Assembly: GCA_012295275.1 (NCBI GenBank)
Contig: CM022668.1
Location: forward strand, 14,446,001-14,510,000
From: Chrysomallon squamiferum
Lineage: Eukaryota > Animalia > Mollusca
Direction: 5' to 3'
Length of the DNA stretch: 64,000 nt
The position numbers were made by a program, and so were the translations under genes. A model generated the notes under the pieces. That model ran no database searches. It was not told the origin of the DNA and saw only the letters and a program-made list of their open reading frames with translations. Below are positions 14,490 through 28,175 of the stretch, one piece after another; position 1 is the stretch's first letter, and each line of letters starts with the position of its first letter.

Positions 14490-16673
14490 ACTTCTGATAC
14501 TAGAGCAAGCTGAAGACTATGCAGTGAAACACATTTTAACCTGGGAATTTTATAAATCATTTACAACAGGGAGCCTAGTTTAAATCTATTATAATCAGTA
14601 AGCTAGACTCTTGCACAACATGAAGCCTCTTTCTTTAATATTGCCTAATTGACATAACGAATAAGCTTAACAATTACCCCATGCATTCTATGATTCCACA
14701 TTCAATACTTTACAAACTAACACATTTTGTGACTTTTTTCCACCCACCACAAATAAATAAATAAATAAGTAAATGAATAAATAAATAAGTAAATAAATAA
14801 GTAAATATATAAGTAAATAAATAAATCAGAAAAAGCAGTATCAAAACATGTATTGGGAAAAAAATATGTATGTAGTGGGATATATACGGTTGTAACCTAA
14901 GTTTCGTTTCGATATTTCTTAATTTGATTTGACCAGTGACACAGCGACATTGACGTCACTAAGGTGAACCATTTTCGGTAAATAAACTGCTTACTCACTG
15001 CTTAGTTATTTACATATAACAGACCAACGCAATTTTATGAATAGTATATATTTGAGACGTTACCTCATTAGTGGCTCTTTGCCAAAATCATAATTTTGAA
15101 TTCTATGTAGTGAATTATATAATATTTATTTAGCTGTCGTGTATAAATAAACATGTTTATAAATTCATAATTTTATACATTCTTCTCAGAAAATTAATGT
15201 CACAAAATGGAGATAACTACACAAACACTAAATTATAAGATATGTTAACGAATTGTAATATATATTTCTGACTTCTGAGAATAAAACAATAAAATATTTG
15301 ATTGCTAATTAATTTTAGGCTTGTTACATTTTGTTGTAAATGATTTTAAAATCTCTTCCCTTAGCTGTCATTTTTGTATTCGTGTGATTTCGGAGTGCTG
15401 AAGCGGAATAGCCGAACTATCGTTCAGTTGTTGTTTTGCGTGCAGCATATTGTTTTCAACGCCATGTTGATAGAGAAAACATGTAGGTAAATAAAATGAG
15501 ATGGCTGCAAAAGACAGAAATCGCTAGGGTGCTATATCTGCCTTAATCAGATACTGTGTATACGTAATCACATCATCAAATTTGAGACATGCCCCTTTTA
15601 TTTAGGATTTTTATGTTTTTTACAAATTTATTTAGGTTTTATTGTTTCTCCCAGTTATACCAAAGAAAATCCAAAATATAAGTTTTTCCCTGTTCTTACT
15701 CATGGCATACGTGGGCGTGTTATCATTCAAACATAAGTGCTACGATGACGTTCAGTGCAGTGACTGTCTGAAAACGTGACGTCATGAACCCCCCTCATCA
15801 GAAAAGCTGGATCCGCCACAGTAATAATACTAATAGTGGTAGTAGTACGTAGTCATAAATGAAAAAATAAAACAATAAATTAATAAAAAAAAATGTATAA
15901 CTAAATAAATAAGTAAATAAATATATAAGTAAATGAATAAGTAAATGAATAAGTAAATAAATAAGTAAATAAATAAATAAATAAATAAGAAATAGGAATA
16001 TCAAAACAGGTATGGGGAAAATTAAAAAAAAAAAAAAAATTTATATAGTGGGATGTATACAGTTGTAACCTAAGTTTCGTTTGGATGTTTCTTAATTTGA
16101 TCTGACCAGTGACCCAGCGACATTGACGTCACTAAGGTGATCCATTTTCTGTAAATTAACAGATAACAGACCAACGTAATGTTATGAATAGTATATATTT
16201 GAGACGTTACCTCATTAGTGGCTCTTTGCCAAACTTATAATCATAATTTTGTATTCTATGTAGTGAATTCAGTAATATTCGCAAAACACTTCTTTTTACA
16301 CACCCTTCCAAACGTCCAAGGAGCAAAAGCCCTAACTCGGAAAGGAAAAAATAACAAAAAATAACAGGCGATAGAAAAACAGAAATGGCAAATCACACAC
16401 AAACTCTGACTTAGACAAAACACCTGAGGCAGAAGATAATCAACAAAGGACCCCCCCCCCATACGACAACCAAGAAAAACCCTATTCGCTCAACAACAAC
16501 AACAACCCAAACAAACAAAAACCATCGAGACTACACTTGTCTCACTTCAGAAATACGAATATAGGGGAAAAAAGTCACAGAAAAAAAAAAAAGAAGAAAA
16601 ATAAAACAAAACCAGGAATAAATTTTGCAACTTAAGAAATATAAACAATGAAAAATAAATTAAACACATTTTG

Positions 16674-16955
16674 TCATTTTTTTTTTGTTGTTGGTTTATC
16701 TATCATCGAGTTGCGTTGTCTGACGTGGGTCTGGTCTGGAGCATGGTTGTGGGTTGAACTGCTTCTGGTTGCTTGACAGTTACAACTAGATCTTTTGACG
16801 CATTTCGACCACATCTTTGTTCTGCGAGTAGCATGTTTGGTATACACGAACCCCTCATATAATATTTTGTTACCACCCTCATTGCTGTGAATAACTTCCA
16901 TATTAAACATGCTTCTGATACTAGAGCAAGCTGGAGAATATGCAGTAAAGCACAT
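16674..16955 (-). mobile_element. Second FLYWCH-type zinc-finger fragment with internal deletion
   Basis: MEVIHSNEGGNKILYEGFVYTKHATRRTKMWSKCVKRSSCNCQATRSSSTHNHAPD; duplicate of 14244-14489. Confidence 0.7.
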
Positions 16956-17149
16956 TTTAACCTGGCAATTTTATAAATCATTTACAACATGAAGCCTTGT
17001 ATAAAAACTATCCTAATCAGTAAGCTAGACCCAAGCATCACCCTTGCACAATGTGAAGCCTCTTTCTTTAATATAGCCTAATTGACCTAACGAATAAGCT
17101 TAACAATTACTCCATGCATTCTATGATGCCGCATTCAATACAAATCGTA

Positions 17150-18365
17150 GATACTGGATTACATTAACGTTCCGATTACATTACAAAACCGAATACCACA
17201 TCTTATACATTTCGTGGCCTCCATAAAATACAAACCCGACATAACATGCATACAAGAAACATGGTTAGGACAAAACAAGAAAAACAAGAAAAAACGTAGA
17301 AACTTTAATGTTCCCGGGTATCAAACCCATTACGTTAACAGATTCAACCGAACCCGAGGAGGGATAATGACACTCGTTAAACAAGACATACCACACACTA
17401 AACTGAAATAGCCATAGTCCGTGCCAACATTGAAATATTAAGCATCACCATACACAACAACAATCAAAATATTGACATAATTAATGTATATAGCCCACCC
17501 ACTCCCGCAGTACATACCATGCCAACTTACGACTTAAACAAAATTTTAACAACAAATAATAAGCTAATTATAATTGGCGATTTCAACTGTCATAACACCT
17601 TATTTGGTGGTTAAATAGACGACAGCCTGGAATCGTCTTGGAAAATTTCATAGAACAAAAACATCTGGTCTGTCTCAACGACGGAACATTCCCGTACACC
17701 ACTGACACGAATGGTGTCCAGTCCGCCATTGATTTAACATAACTAGCAAAGACATCGCAGCGCTAAGTGAATGGCAAGTGCTCAATGAACTAAACAGTGA
17801 CCATCACCCCACACTCACCAACTACAACAGCAAAAACACTTTCTCAACAAATCAATTTTTACACCCAAATGGAATTTCAAGAAAGCAGACTGGGAAGGCT
17901 TCTACAAAGCATGCAAAAATATTAAAAACTAAAAAATCCAACAACATCGACACCTACTGCATATCACTCACTAACACGATAAACTCAATTGCCACCAAAT
18001 TCATACCCAAATCTAGAAAATGCACCAACAAACTATCCACTGCCTGGTGGACTGAACATGTAGAAAACAAATGCAAAGAAAGAAACAAATACAGAAGACA
18101 ATATAAAAAAGACAAGAATCATTCAACAAAATAAAATGGCTAAAAATGAAGTATCGAACCTAATTCTTATTGCAAAACAAGAACCCTGGGAAAATAATGA
18201 CACTTGCCAAAAGAAACACAATTAATTATACATGAAATCTTCAGCACAATTTGGACAACAGGCAATATTCCAGCAAACACGCTGAATGTTTCAGTCTGCC
18301 TAAAACCCCGTAAAGACCACACATTACCCAACAATTACAGACCAATCACTCGTGCAAAACATTGG
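17150..18365 (+). mobile_element. Degenerate LINE ORF2: APE-type endonuclease plus linker/RT start (Jockey/I-group-like)
   Basis: Motifs across frames: PDITCIQETWL, VPGYQTH, RGGIMTLVK, IINVYSPP, IIIGDFNCHNTLFG, LVCLNDGT, SAIDLT, NSDHHP, TAWWTEH, KDHTLPNNYRPIT. Multiple stops and frameshifts. Confidence 0.9.
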
Positions 18366-18508
18366 ACCTAATTCAGTATGGTTTTAGATTGTTATTGTTG
18401 TTCTTTGTCTTGTATCTTTTGTGTATATGTAGATAACACATGTACTTGCAGATGGTTAGTGTTCATAATTTATATATAAAAAATAAAAATATACAAATTA
18501 TCTTTAGG

Positions 18509-18558
<50 letters not shown>

Positions 18559-19150
18559 GAAACCTCTCCCCAAAAAACATAAAACCCCCAAAAATACAAC
18601 AAAAAGAAACAAAAGAAACAATAACAAGAAAAAAATAACAATTTAAATCAAAACAAAACTGTAACAAAATAAAATCATAAAATAAATAAATAAATTGATG
18701 AATTAATTAATAAACATAGGTAAATAAAAATAATTAAAGAACTTGTGCTCATAACACCGGTTACTACCATATATTGATTTGTCAGAGTAACTGTTACTGG
18801 ACTAGATCCTCATGGGATTGTCCTGATTTCTGTATTTCCTTCTCAAGTTATTGAACAAATGTACAGATTTGTATTTCAATCCATATAATGATTATTTTCT
18901 TTTATATTTGTGATAAATAAACTTATATATTAGAGAAGTAATAGAACAATTTATTAAAAAAAAAAACACCTAATTTTAATTATATCCACTGTCATTATTA
19001 CTGTACTACTGTTAGTATGAGTTATTTGTGCAGGCTTGGTTGATATTTGTTTTGTTGTTTTTTTGTTTGTTTATTTGTAATTGATATATTTGTGTGTGTG
19101 TATTGTGGATATATGTTTGAATGGATACATCTAGATATGTGAAGTTTGTT
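18366..19150 (+). repeat. Orphan fragment of NSF intron 1
   Basis: Near-identical to ~36914-37540 (intron 1 of copy D), with no NSF exon attached. Confidence 0.8.
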
Positions 19151-20074
19151 TTTGTATGCAGAACTGGTATTTATTTACTTTTATTACAAATTGTTAATAT
19201 TATTTAAGAACACAACTGGAGGCCAGACATTAATTGTTGGTATTAAATATCACATTGATATTTGTAATTTAGACAAAATCTTAAGAAGGATGTTACTTAA
19301 ATCTGATAGATGGTGTATTTAAATAAATTACTGAATACACTGAATAAGATATTTTATTATTATTATTATTTTCTTTTTTCTTTTTTTACTTTTATTACAA
19401 AGTGTCTTGATATGGGTGACAAAATGTATAGCAAAGTCTACATAATTGTAAATAGAAAAAACAGATTACAAGTATAACAGTTCATTTGTCCCTTGTTCTT
19501 GCAAAGGTTATTTTAAAAAAAAATCAGCAACAACAACAAAAAATTTAAATTACAAATTATTTATTTATTTTGTTATTTATTTTTAACTATTGAATCTTTC
19601 TTGCACAAATTCTAAAGGAAATGCATTGAATTTTCACAGACTTCCAGAGAGAAAGTCTTGTGAAATTTTTACCTTCACTGACAGTAAAATTGTTGGATGT
19701 ACAAATGACTATCTGCATCATGATACAGAACATCATGGTGGGTGACAGCTTTTTATTGCCTTTAATAGGATCCATCATGCCAAAAACAAACTAATTATTT
19801 GTTTGTTAAGTTATTTCTTTTAAATAATATATATATATATATATATGTGCAAAAAATTTGATTGCTTTCATTTTGTCTCATTAAAAAATATTTAAAAAAT
19901 AAAAAAATTAAATAAATAATAATGTTTTTTTAAAAATGACTTTTAAGATTTTATTGTTTATAAAATAATATATATTTTTTTATTAACTACAAATAGCTTA
20001 AAAATTCAGTTCGAGTTATTCAAATCAACTTAATAAATTTTCAAATACAACTGAACTATATATGGAATGATAAA

Positions 20075-20108
<34 letters not shown>

Positions 20109-20324
20109 CAATAATAATAATAGTAATAATGATAATAATAATTAATAAATAAATAAATAAATAATTGATAAGCTTGGATTTTTTAAAAGAAATAAAAATT
20201 AAACTAAAGCACAGTAAATAAAGTTTAGCAAAAAAACCCGTTAGTTTCACAATTTTTTCTTTTCTTATTTATTCATTTTCTTATTTTTTTTTATATATTT
20301 TTTCTTCTTCTTCTTCTTATTGCT

Positions 20325-20357
<33 letters not shown>

Positions 20358-21239
20358 ATGACAATGCATTTGAAAATAAATAAATATGTAAATAAATAAA
20401 TACATAAATAAATAAAGAGTATGTTTTTATTTATTTATTATTATTATTATTAACAAAGATAGAGGGAGAAATGTTAAAATATAGCTATTTTTGGTCACAA
20501 ACCTCTAATGACTTAAATAGTGTTTAACTGGACGAAAATAAAGTGCTCATAGGGGGTTTAAAATTGCTGCTACTTCCTTAATTTGCAACATATTCACTTG
20601 ATTTTTGTATCATTTTAAAGAGGTATACAAGCTCTACCCAGCTGTATAGATTTGTGGGGTTTGAAAAATGTATTTAATTTATATTTTAGCAGTGTAGCAA
20701 CGAATGTTTGCATTAAAATATGTTGACTGCAAAATGTTAATTCGATCATTAATTTATCTGATTTAATTCCAGTTGTCAACACTGATAAACATGCTGTTAC
20801 TGCTATGACATTTTTGCTTGTTTTAAGGACGATATTTAAGTATGGTTGTTATGTTATGTTTCCAAACAATTTATTTGGTTTCAAAATGGCTACGAACAAA
20901 ACATCGTAAACTATAACAATGTTAACCATAAAACCATTTAGATACAACATTTCCTACTCTCAAAATTTTCAATTTATCCACAAATTGTTACATCTAAAAT
21001 TCTGAAATAAGTTTGTGTAATTAATAATAATTAACCAACTGAACTTTGAACTTAAAACAAATAAAATGATTTTTTTTTTTTCGTTTGGACGCTATAATAG
21101 TTCAATTACAGTTTATCAAGTATGTCCATTGGTCACATACGGAACTTCAAATAGCAAAACCTATTTAAAAAAAATTAAAAATAACACTAATTCTACAATC
21201 TTTCAGTGAATTCTGTATCACAAAAATTCACATTAAATC

Positions 21240-22380
21240 ACTTTAAATAGTTTCTATCAGACTTTGAGTTGGCATTCCATAACTTGCAAAGAGATTTCTC
21301 AATGTCTCTACTGCATGCGTCGCTCTGGTACTGGAAAAACTTCCATCCATTTAGAATGTGCATCCACCACAATCATGAACATTTCTTTCATGAATAGTCC
21401 ATCAAAATCTACATGAATTCTTTGCCATGTGGTGGGCCAAATCCATGTATTAGCTGTACTTTTTGGCATGACTGTTTGTTATGGTTACACTTGCTGACTT
21501 CCTCTTCTATGTCAGTATCCATATGAGGCCACCATACATGCAATCTAGCCAAAGATTTCATTCGCACAATTGCAGGATAATTTTCATCTGAATAAGTTTT
21601 CAACACAATCGATGTTGATTTTAATGGCACCATTTGTTCAATTTTTCCTGATAATTCTTATTAGAAATTATCGATTCAGAAGCACCTGTATCTACTTTCA
21701 TTTTGAATGACACACCATTGAGTTACAGTGAAATTTGAATTTCAATCGCTTTCGTAGATTTCACTGTGAAAATTGACTGTTCAAAATTACTGTCATTTCT
21801 TTCCATTGCAACCTCTTTATTTTCTAGAACAGCTTTTGTAATTTCTGATTCAGTTTTGTTACTTCCAGATTCTTTATGAACAACACGAATTTTGAAACCT
21901 CTTTCAGATTCAGCATTTTCACTGGTACCACTTCTGATTCCGTAAGGTCACTATTATAATCTTGATTGTACATGAAGTTTAGAGTTTTTCTTTTTCAACT
22001 GTTGAAATTTCTTTCTTCCTTTTTCCATCTATTTGCTTTCCTGTCTTTCTACTTTTTTCTTTTGATTTCAACATTTTGTACTCAAATGTCCTGTTTCATT
22101 ACACTTATAACATTTTGCCTTTTTGTGAAACCATGCACCATGATGATGATTAGTTTTACAGCACAGGAAGCATTCAATGACAGAAACTTTGTGGAAATTT
22201 TCAGCTTGTCATTTCCATACAAACAGCTATTTGCAAGGCTTTCCTCAGTGAGAAGTCATGTTCAGAGAGAAGTTTTTTCTGTATTAACTTTTCAGACAGA
22301 CCACAGACCAAAATGTCTCTTAATGCTTCAGTCATAAATGCACCAAATTCACAATGTTCTGTCAATTTTCGTGTAATGAA
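21240..22380 (-). mobile_element. Ty3/gypsy LTR-retrotransposon remnant (gag, zinc knuckle, protease, integrase; RT/RNase H missing)
   Basis: Minus strand: gag RKLTEHCEFGAFMTEALRDILVCGL (~22290-22375); CCHC knuckle CYKCNETGHLSTKC (~22071-22112); protease LNGVSFKMKVDTGASESIIS (~21665-21723); integrase IVRMKSLARLHVWWPHMDTDIEEEVSKC, WQRIHVDF, IVVDAHSKWMEVFP (~21330-21575). Many stops. No LTRs recognised. Confidence 0.88.
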
Positions 22381-22579
22381 TTAACTGAAAAAAAGGACAC
22401 TAATTATAAAGCAAACATCTTTTATTTTTGTCATTTTAAAATAAAATATTAATCACCAGTTAGATTATTCCACTAAAAAAAAAAGTCAAAGCATTCATCA
22501 GTAATCATTCAAAATTAAAAAACCAAAAAAAAAAAAGAAAATTTAATTTAATGTTGCATGAAACGTTAAATAATTTTTT

Positions 22580-24357
<1,778 letters not shown>

Positions 24358-24790
24358 TTTAAAAATTCTAAGAAACAACAATAAATAAGTAAATAACTAA
24401 AAAAAAAAAAAAAATTAACTAATGAATTAATTAATAATATTATTTATATTGTCTAAAAAAAAAAAACCCCTGAAATATAGTAAATTATTTTTATTAAAAC
24501 ACATTAATAATAATAATAATGATAATAATAATTATAATAATAAAAATAAATGAAATAAAAAATAAAATAAAACATAATGTAAAATAATCATTAAAATAAA
24601 TAATTACTGTATTAAAAGTCACTGTGAATTACTTTTTGCATAACTCAACAACAGAATCGATTTCCTTGGATTACTAATACGAATAGAAGTTTATGATTGG
24701 GAATGCTCAAATTATTTTTATGTAAACAAAAACATTAAATAAAACAAGATTTCAGACCAGTTAGAATAGTGTAATATATTTTAAATATAC

Positions 24791-25124
24791 CTGTGAATAG
24801 AAACCAAAATATATATTTCTCCCTTCAATGATATAAAGCAATAAAATATTTGATTGCTAATTAATATTAGGCTTGTTACATTTTGTTGCAAATGACTTAA
24901 AAATCTCTTCGCTTAACTGTCATTTTTGTATTCGTGTGTTTTCGGAGTGCTGAAGCGGAAATTGCCGAACTATCGTTCAGTTGTTTTGCGTTCAGCATAT
25001 TGTTTTCAACGCCATGTTAATAGAGAAAAAATGTAGGTAAATAAAATGAGATGGCTGCAAAAGACAGAAAATTTTAATCTTCTGTAAATGGTTTGAATGA
25101 AAAAACGAAAAATCAAAAGAAGTG

Positions 25125-25196
<72 letters not shown>

Positions 25197-25815
25197 TTAT
25201 AGATTAAGATTTTGTCGTAGTAGTAAATAAATAAAAAGTTAAAAAAGTTACAAACAATATCAACACCGGTATGGAAAAAATTTAAGGTGGGATGTATACC
25301 GGTGTAGTCTCAAATTGTTTAGATGTTTATTAATTTGATATGGCCAGTGACATACAGCGATGTAACGTGGCTAAGCCTAATGTGATTCATTTTCGATAAA
25401 TAAACCTCTGCAGTGTCGGATGTCAGATTTGAGAAGGCCCCTTTTATTTAGGATTTTTTTTTTTTTTTTTTTACAAAAGTACTTAGTATTTTAACATTAT
25501 TATTTTTTTAAAAGCTAAATATACCATAGAAAATCCAAAATATAATAAGCTATTCCTTGTTTTTGCATATATTATGGTCCATGTGAACCTTTTTTTAATG
25601 TTTTAGCAGTATCTTTTAATAATGTTATGGTATCCTTTTTCTCGCCCCAGCTTGCTGAATATAGAAACACACTAACAATATGACGCGATCATGTTATTTT
25701 GTTACTAGTAAAGACGTAGTATATATAAGCTTAAATTTATTATTATTATTTAACGCAAATATATGACGATATTAAGGGAGATAATTCTAATTCTGATGAA
25801 GATCATATGCAGCGA
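24791..25815. promoter_or_regulatory. Putative bidirectional promoter region between the secreted-protein gene (-) and NSF copy C (+), including a candidate non-coding first exon on the minus strand
   Basis: Minus-strand donor CAG|gtatat at 24791/24790 and acceptor cttag| at 24367 upstream of the ATG; locally CpG-enriched; YY1-like AACATGGCG on the minus strand at ~25010-25018. The module recurs at ~13270-13545, ~15280-15545 and ~55410-55800. Confidence 0.45.
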
Positions 25816-28133
25816 TGGCTAAGGTAGACGTATGGACAATAATTTTGTTTATTAAGTTTATGTTAATAGCATGGACAATTACAGTTATAAATAGCATTGT
25901 TCAGTTTCATATTTATATAACCAAAACATATCTAATTTATATTTTAACAGTGTAGCTTCGAATGTTTGACGGCATGATAATATCGTGTCTGCAAAATGTT
26001 AATTCGATCATTAATTAATCTGATTTAATTCCAGTTGTCAACACCGGTAAATAAAACGTTATTGCTATGACATTTTTACTTGTTTTAAGGACGATATTTA
26101 AGTATGGTGCCACTCGAAAAAGAAGTATTAACTAAAAATGAATATAAATTAATGGTCGGCATTATTCATGCGAGAAAAACGACAAAATGACCATTAATGC
26201 TGAATCAGAAATGCAGGAGCAAAATCGTTTTCTGATGAACAAATCCTCATTTTAAATTAATCATTTATACACGTTTAAGTAACAAAAAACAGGAACATTT
26301 TTTCATCCTGGTGCTTTTGTTTTTGTAATATATATAAAAATAAAAATAAATTACATTATAATAAAGCTTTTCAAGATCAGTTTCTGTCTGTGACATAAAC
26401 AAAAACTCTGATTTTTTTTTGTGTGTTGAGAACACATCCACACATAAACAAAGATAAATAAACATTAACACATACAAATGCACACATACACACATGCCTT
26501 TAATAAAGAAAATGCATAACAATATTATATTCTAAAAACACTGGGTCAGAACAGTTGGTAGGGATTCACATTTTGCAAATCCATGAACCTGTTAGATTTT
26601 CTTAATTATAAATTACCTAATTAAGTATGGTTTTAGAGTGTTATTGTTGTTGTTTGTCTTGTATCTATTGTGTATATATAGATAACACATGTACTTGCAG
26701 ATGGTTGGTGTTCATAATTTAAAGTCATCTTTTGAATTTGTTTAAAAAGAAATGAAATTATAAATTATTTTTAGGAACATTAGATAAAATAATAATAATA
26801 ATAATAATAATATTAAAAACTGAAATAAATCATAGTTCCCACCCATAAAAATTTACAACCCAAGAAAAATCGTAAAAATAAGAATAAACAAAGGATCCCC
26901 CCAAAAATATAAAAAAAAAACCCAATAAAATACAACAAAAAACAAACAAAACAAAGAATAACAAGAACAAAATCTCATTTAAACCGAAACAAAACTGTAA
27001 CAAAATAAATAAATAAATTAATTAATTAATTAATTTAACATAGATAAATAAAAAGAATGAAAGAACTTGTGCTCATAACAGCAGTTACTAAATTATAGCC
27101 TACTTGGAATGTATTGGAGAACTACTGTTTGTTATGCGATATATATTGATTTGTCAGAGTGACTGTTACTGGACAAGAGCTTCATGGGATTGATCTGATT
27201 TCTGTATTTCCTTCTCAAGTTATTGAACACCAGAGACATTTGAATCAATGATTATCAGATGTACTGATTTGTATTTCAATCCATATAATGATTGTTTTCT
27301 TTTATGTTTGTGATAAATATACTTTTATATTACAGAAGTAGTAGCACAATTTATTTATTTTTTTAAAATATTTTATTCTTAATTATGTCCATTGTCATTA
27401 TTACTATATTGAACTGTTAGTGTGAGAGTGGGTTTTTAGTGTGTGTGTTTACTAATTTCTGATGCATTCAGTTATTTGTGCAGGCTTGGGTGATATTTGT
27501 TTTGTTGTTTATTTGTTTGTGAGTGTTATTGTGGATATATGTTTGAATGGATTCATGTAGATATGTGTATACTTGTAGTGTTGCATGTCTAATTTTTGCC
27601 CATATACTTTGTAAATGTTTTCGTATTTGCATACATTTTGAAATTTCTCTATGTATATAATTATATATAATGAGCTGCAGTATAAATCTGCTTAATTATT
27701 TGTGGTTTTTATACTGAGTGTTTAGTTGTGTGTACATACTTAATTTGTTGTATTAAAGTGTATGTATATGTGTGTTAATGCATGTGTATGTATTTGTGAA
27801 TGTGTGTGTATATGTGTATGTTGGTTTTTATAAAATGTTTTTTTTTGGTTTGTTTTATTTTAGATATTTCGCTCGACAAAGTGTCCAAATGAAGAGTTGT
27901 CTCTGACAAATTGTGCCATAGTGAATGAAGCAGATTTTAAAGATGTCAGGTTTGTGAAATGTTGTGTGGAGAAAGAGAGAGAGAAAGAGAGAGAGAGGGA
28001 GAGAGAGAGAGAGAGAGCACTTAAAGGAGATAACAAACAATAAACACACAAAAAGGTAAGTATATGTATCTGTATCTGTTGTATGTGTAGGTTTATATAT
28101 GTGTATGTATGTAGATATATATAGGTAGGTAGG

Positions 28134-28175
<42 letters not shown>

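Larger units (their letters stand above)
13140..14735. repeat. Segmental duplicate unit 1 (promoter-like module, C/A-rich segment, FLYWCH fragment); paralog of ~15100-17140
   Basis: Colinear near-identical blocks: 13270-13545 with 15280-15545, 13580-14200 with 16047-16676, and 14220-14708 with 16690-17141. Confidence 0.85.

Noticed and set aside
21966-22337. 123-aa plus-strand Phe-rich ORF
   Set aside because: Antisense to the gypsy gag / zinc-knuckle remnant.
25051-25062. ATGGCTGCAAAA (MAAK) as NSF exon 1, also at ~13508, ~15501 and ~55720
   Set aside because: Followed by gacag rather than a GT donor in all four copies, and absent upstream of intact copy D. ATGGCTAAG|gtag is the better exon 1.
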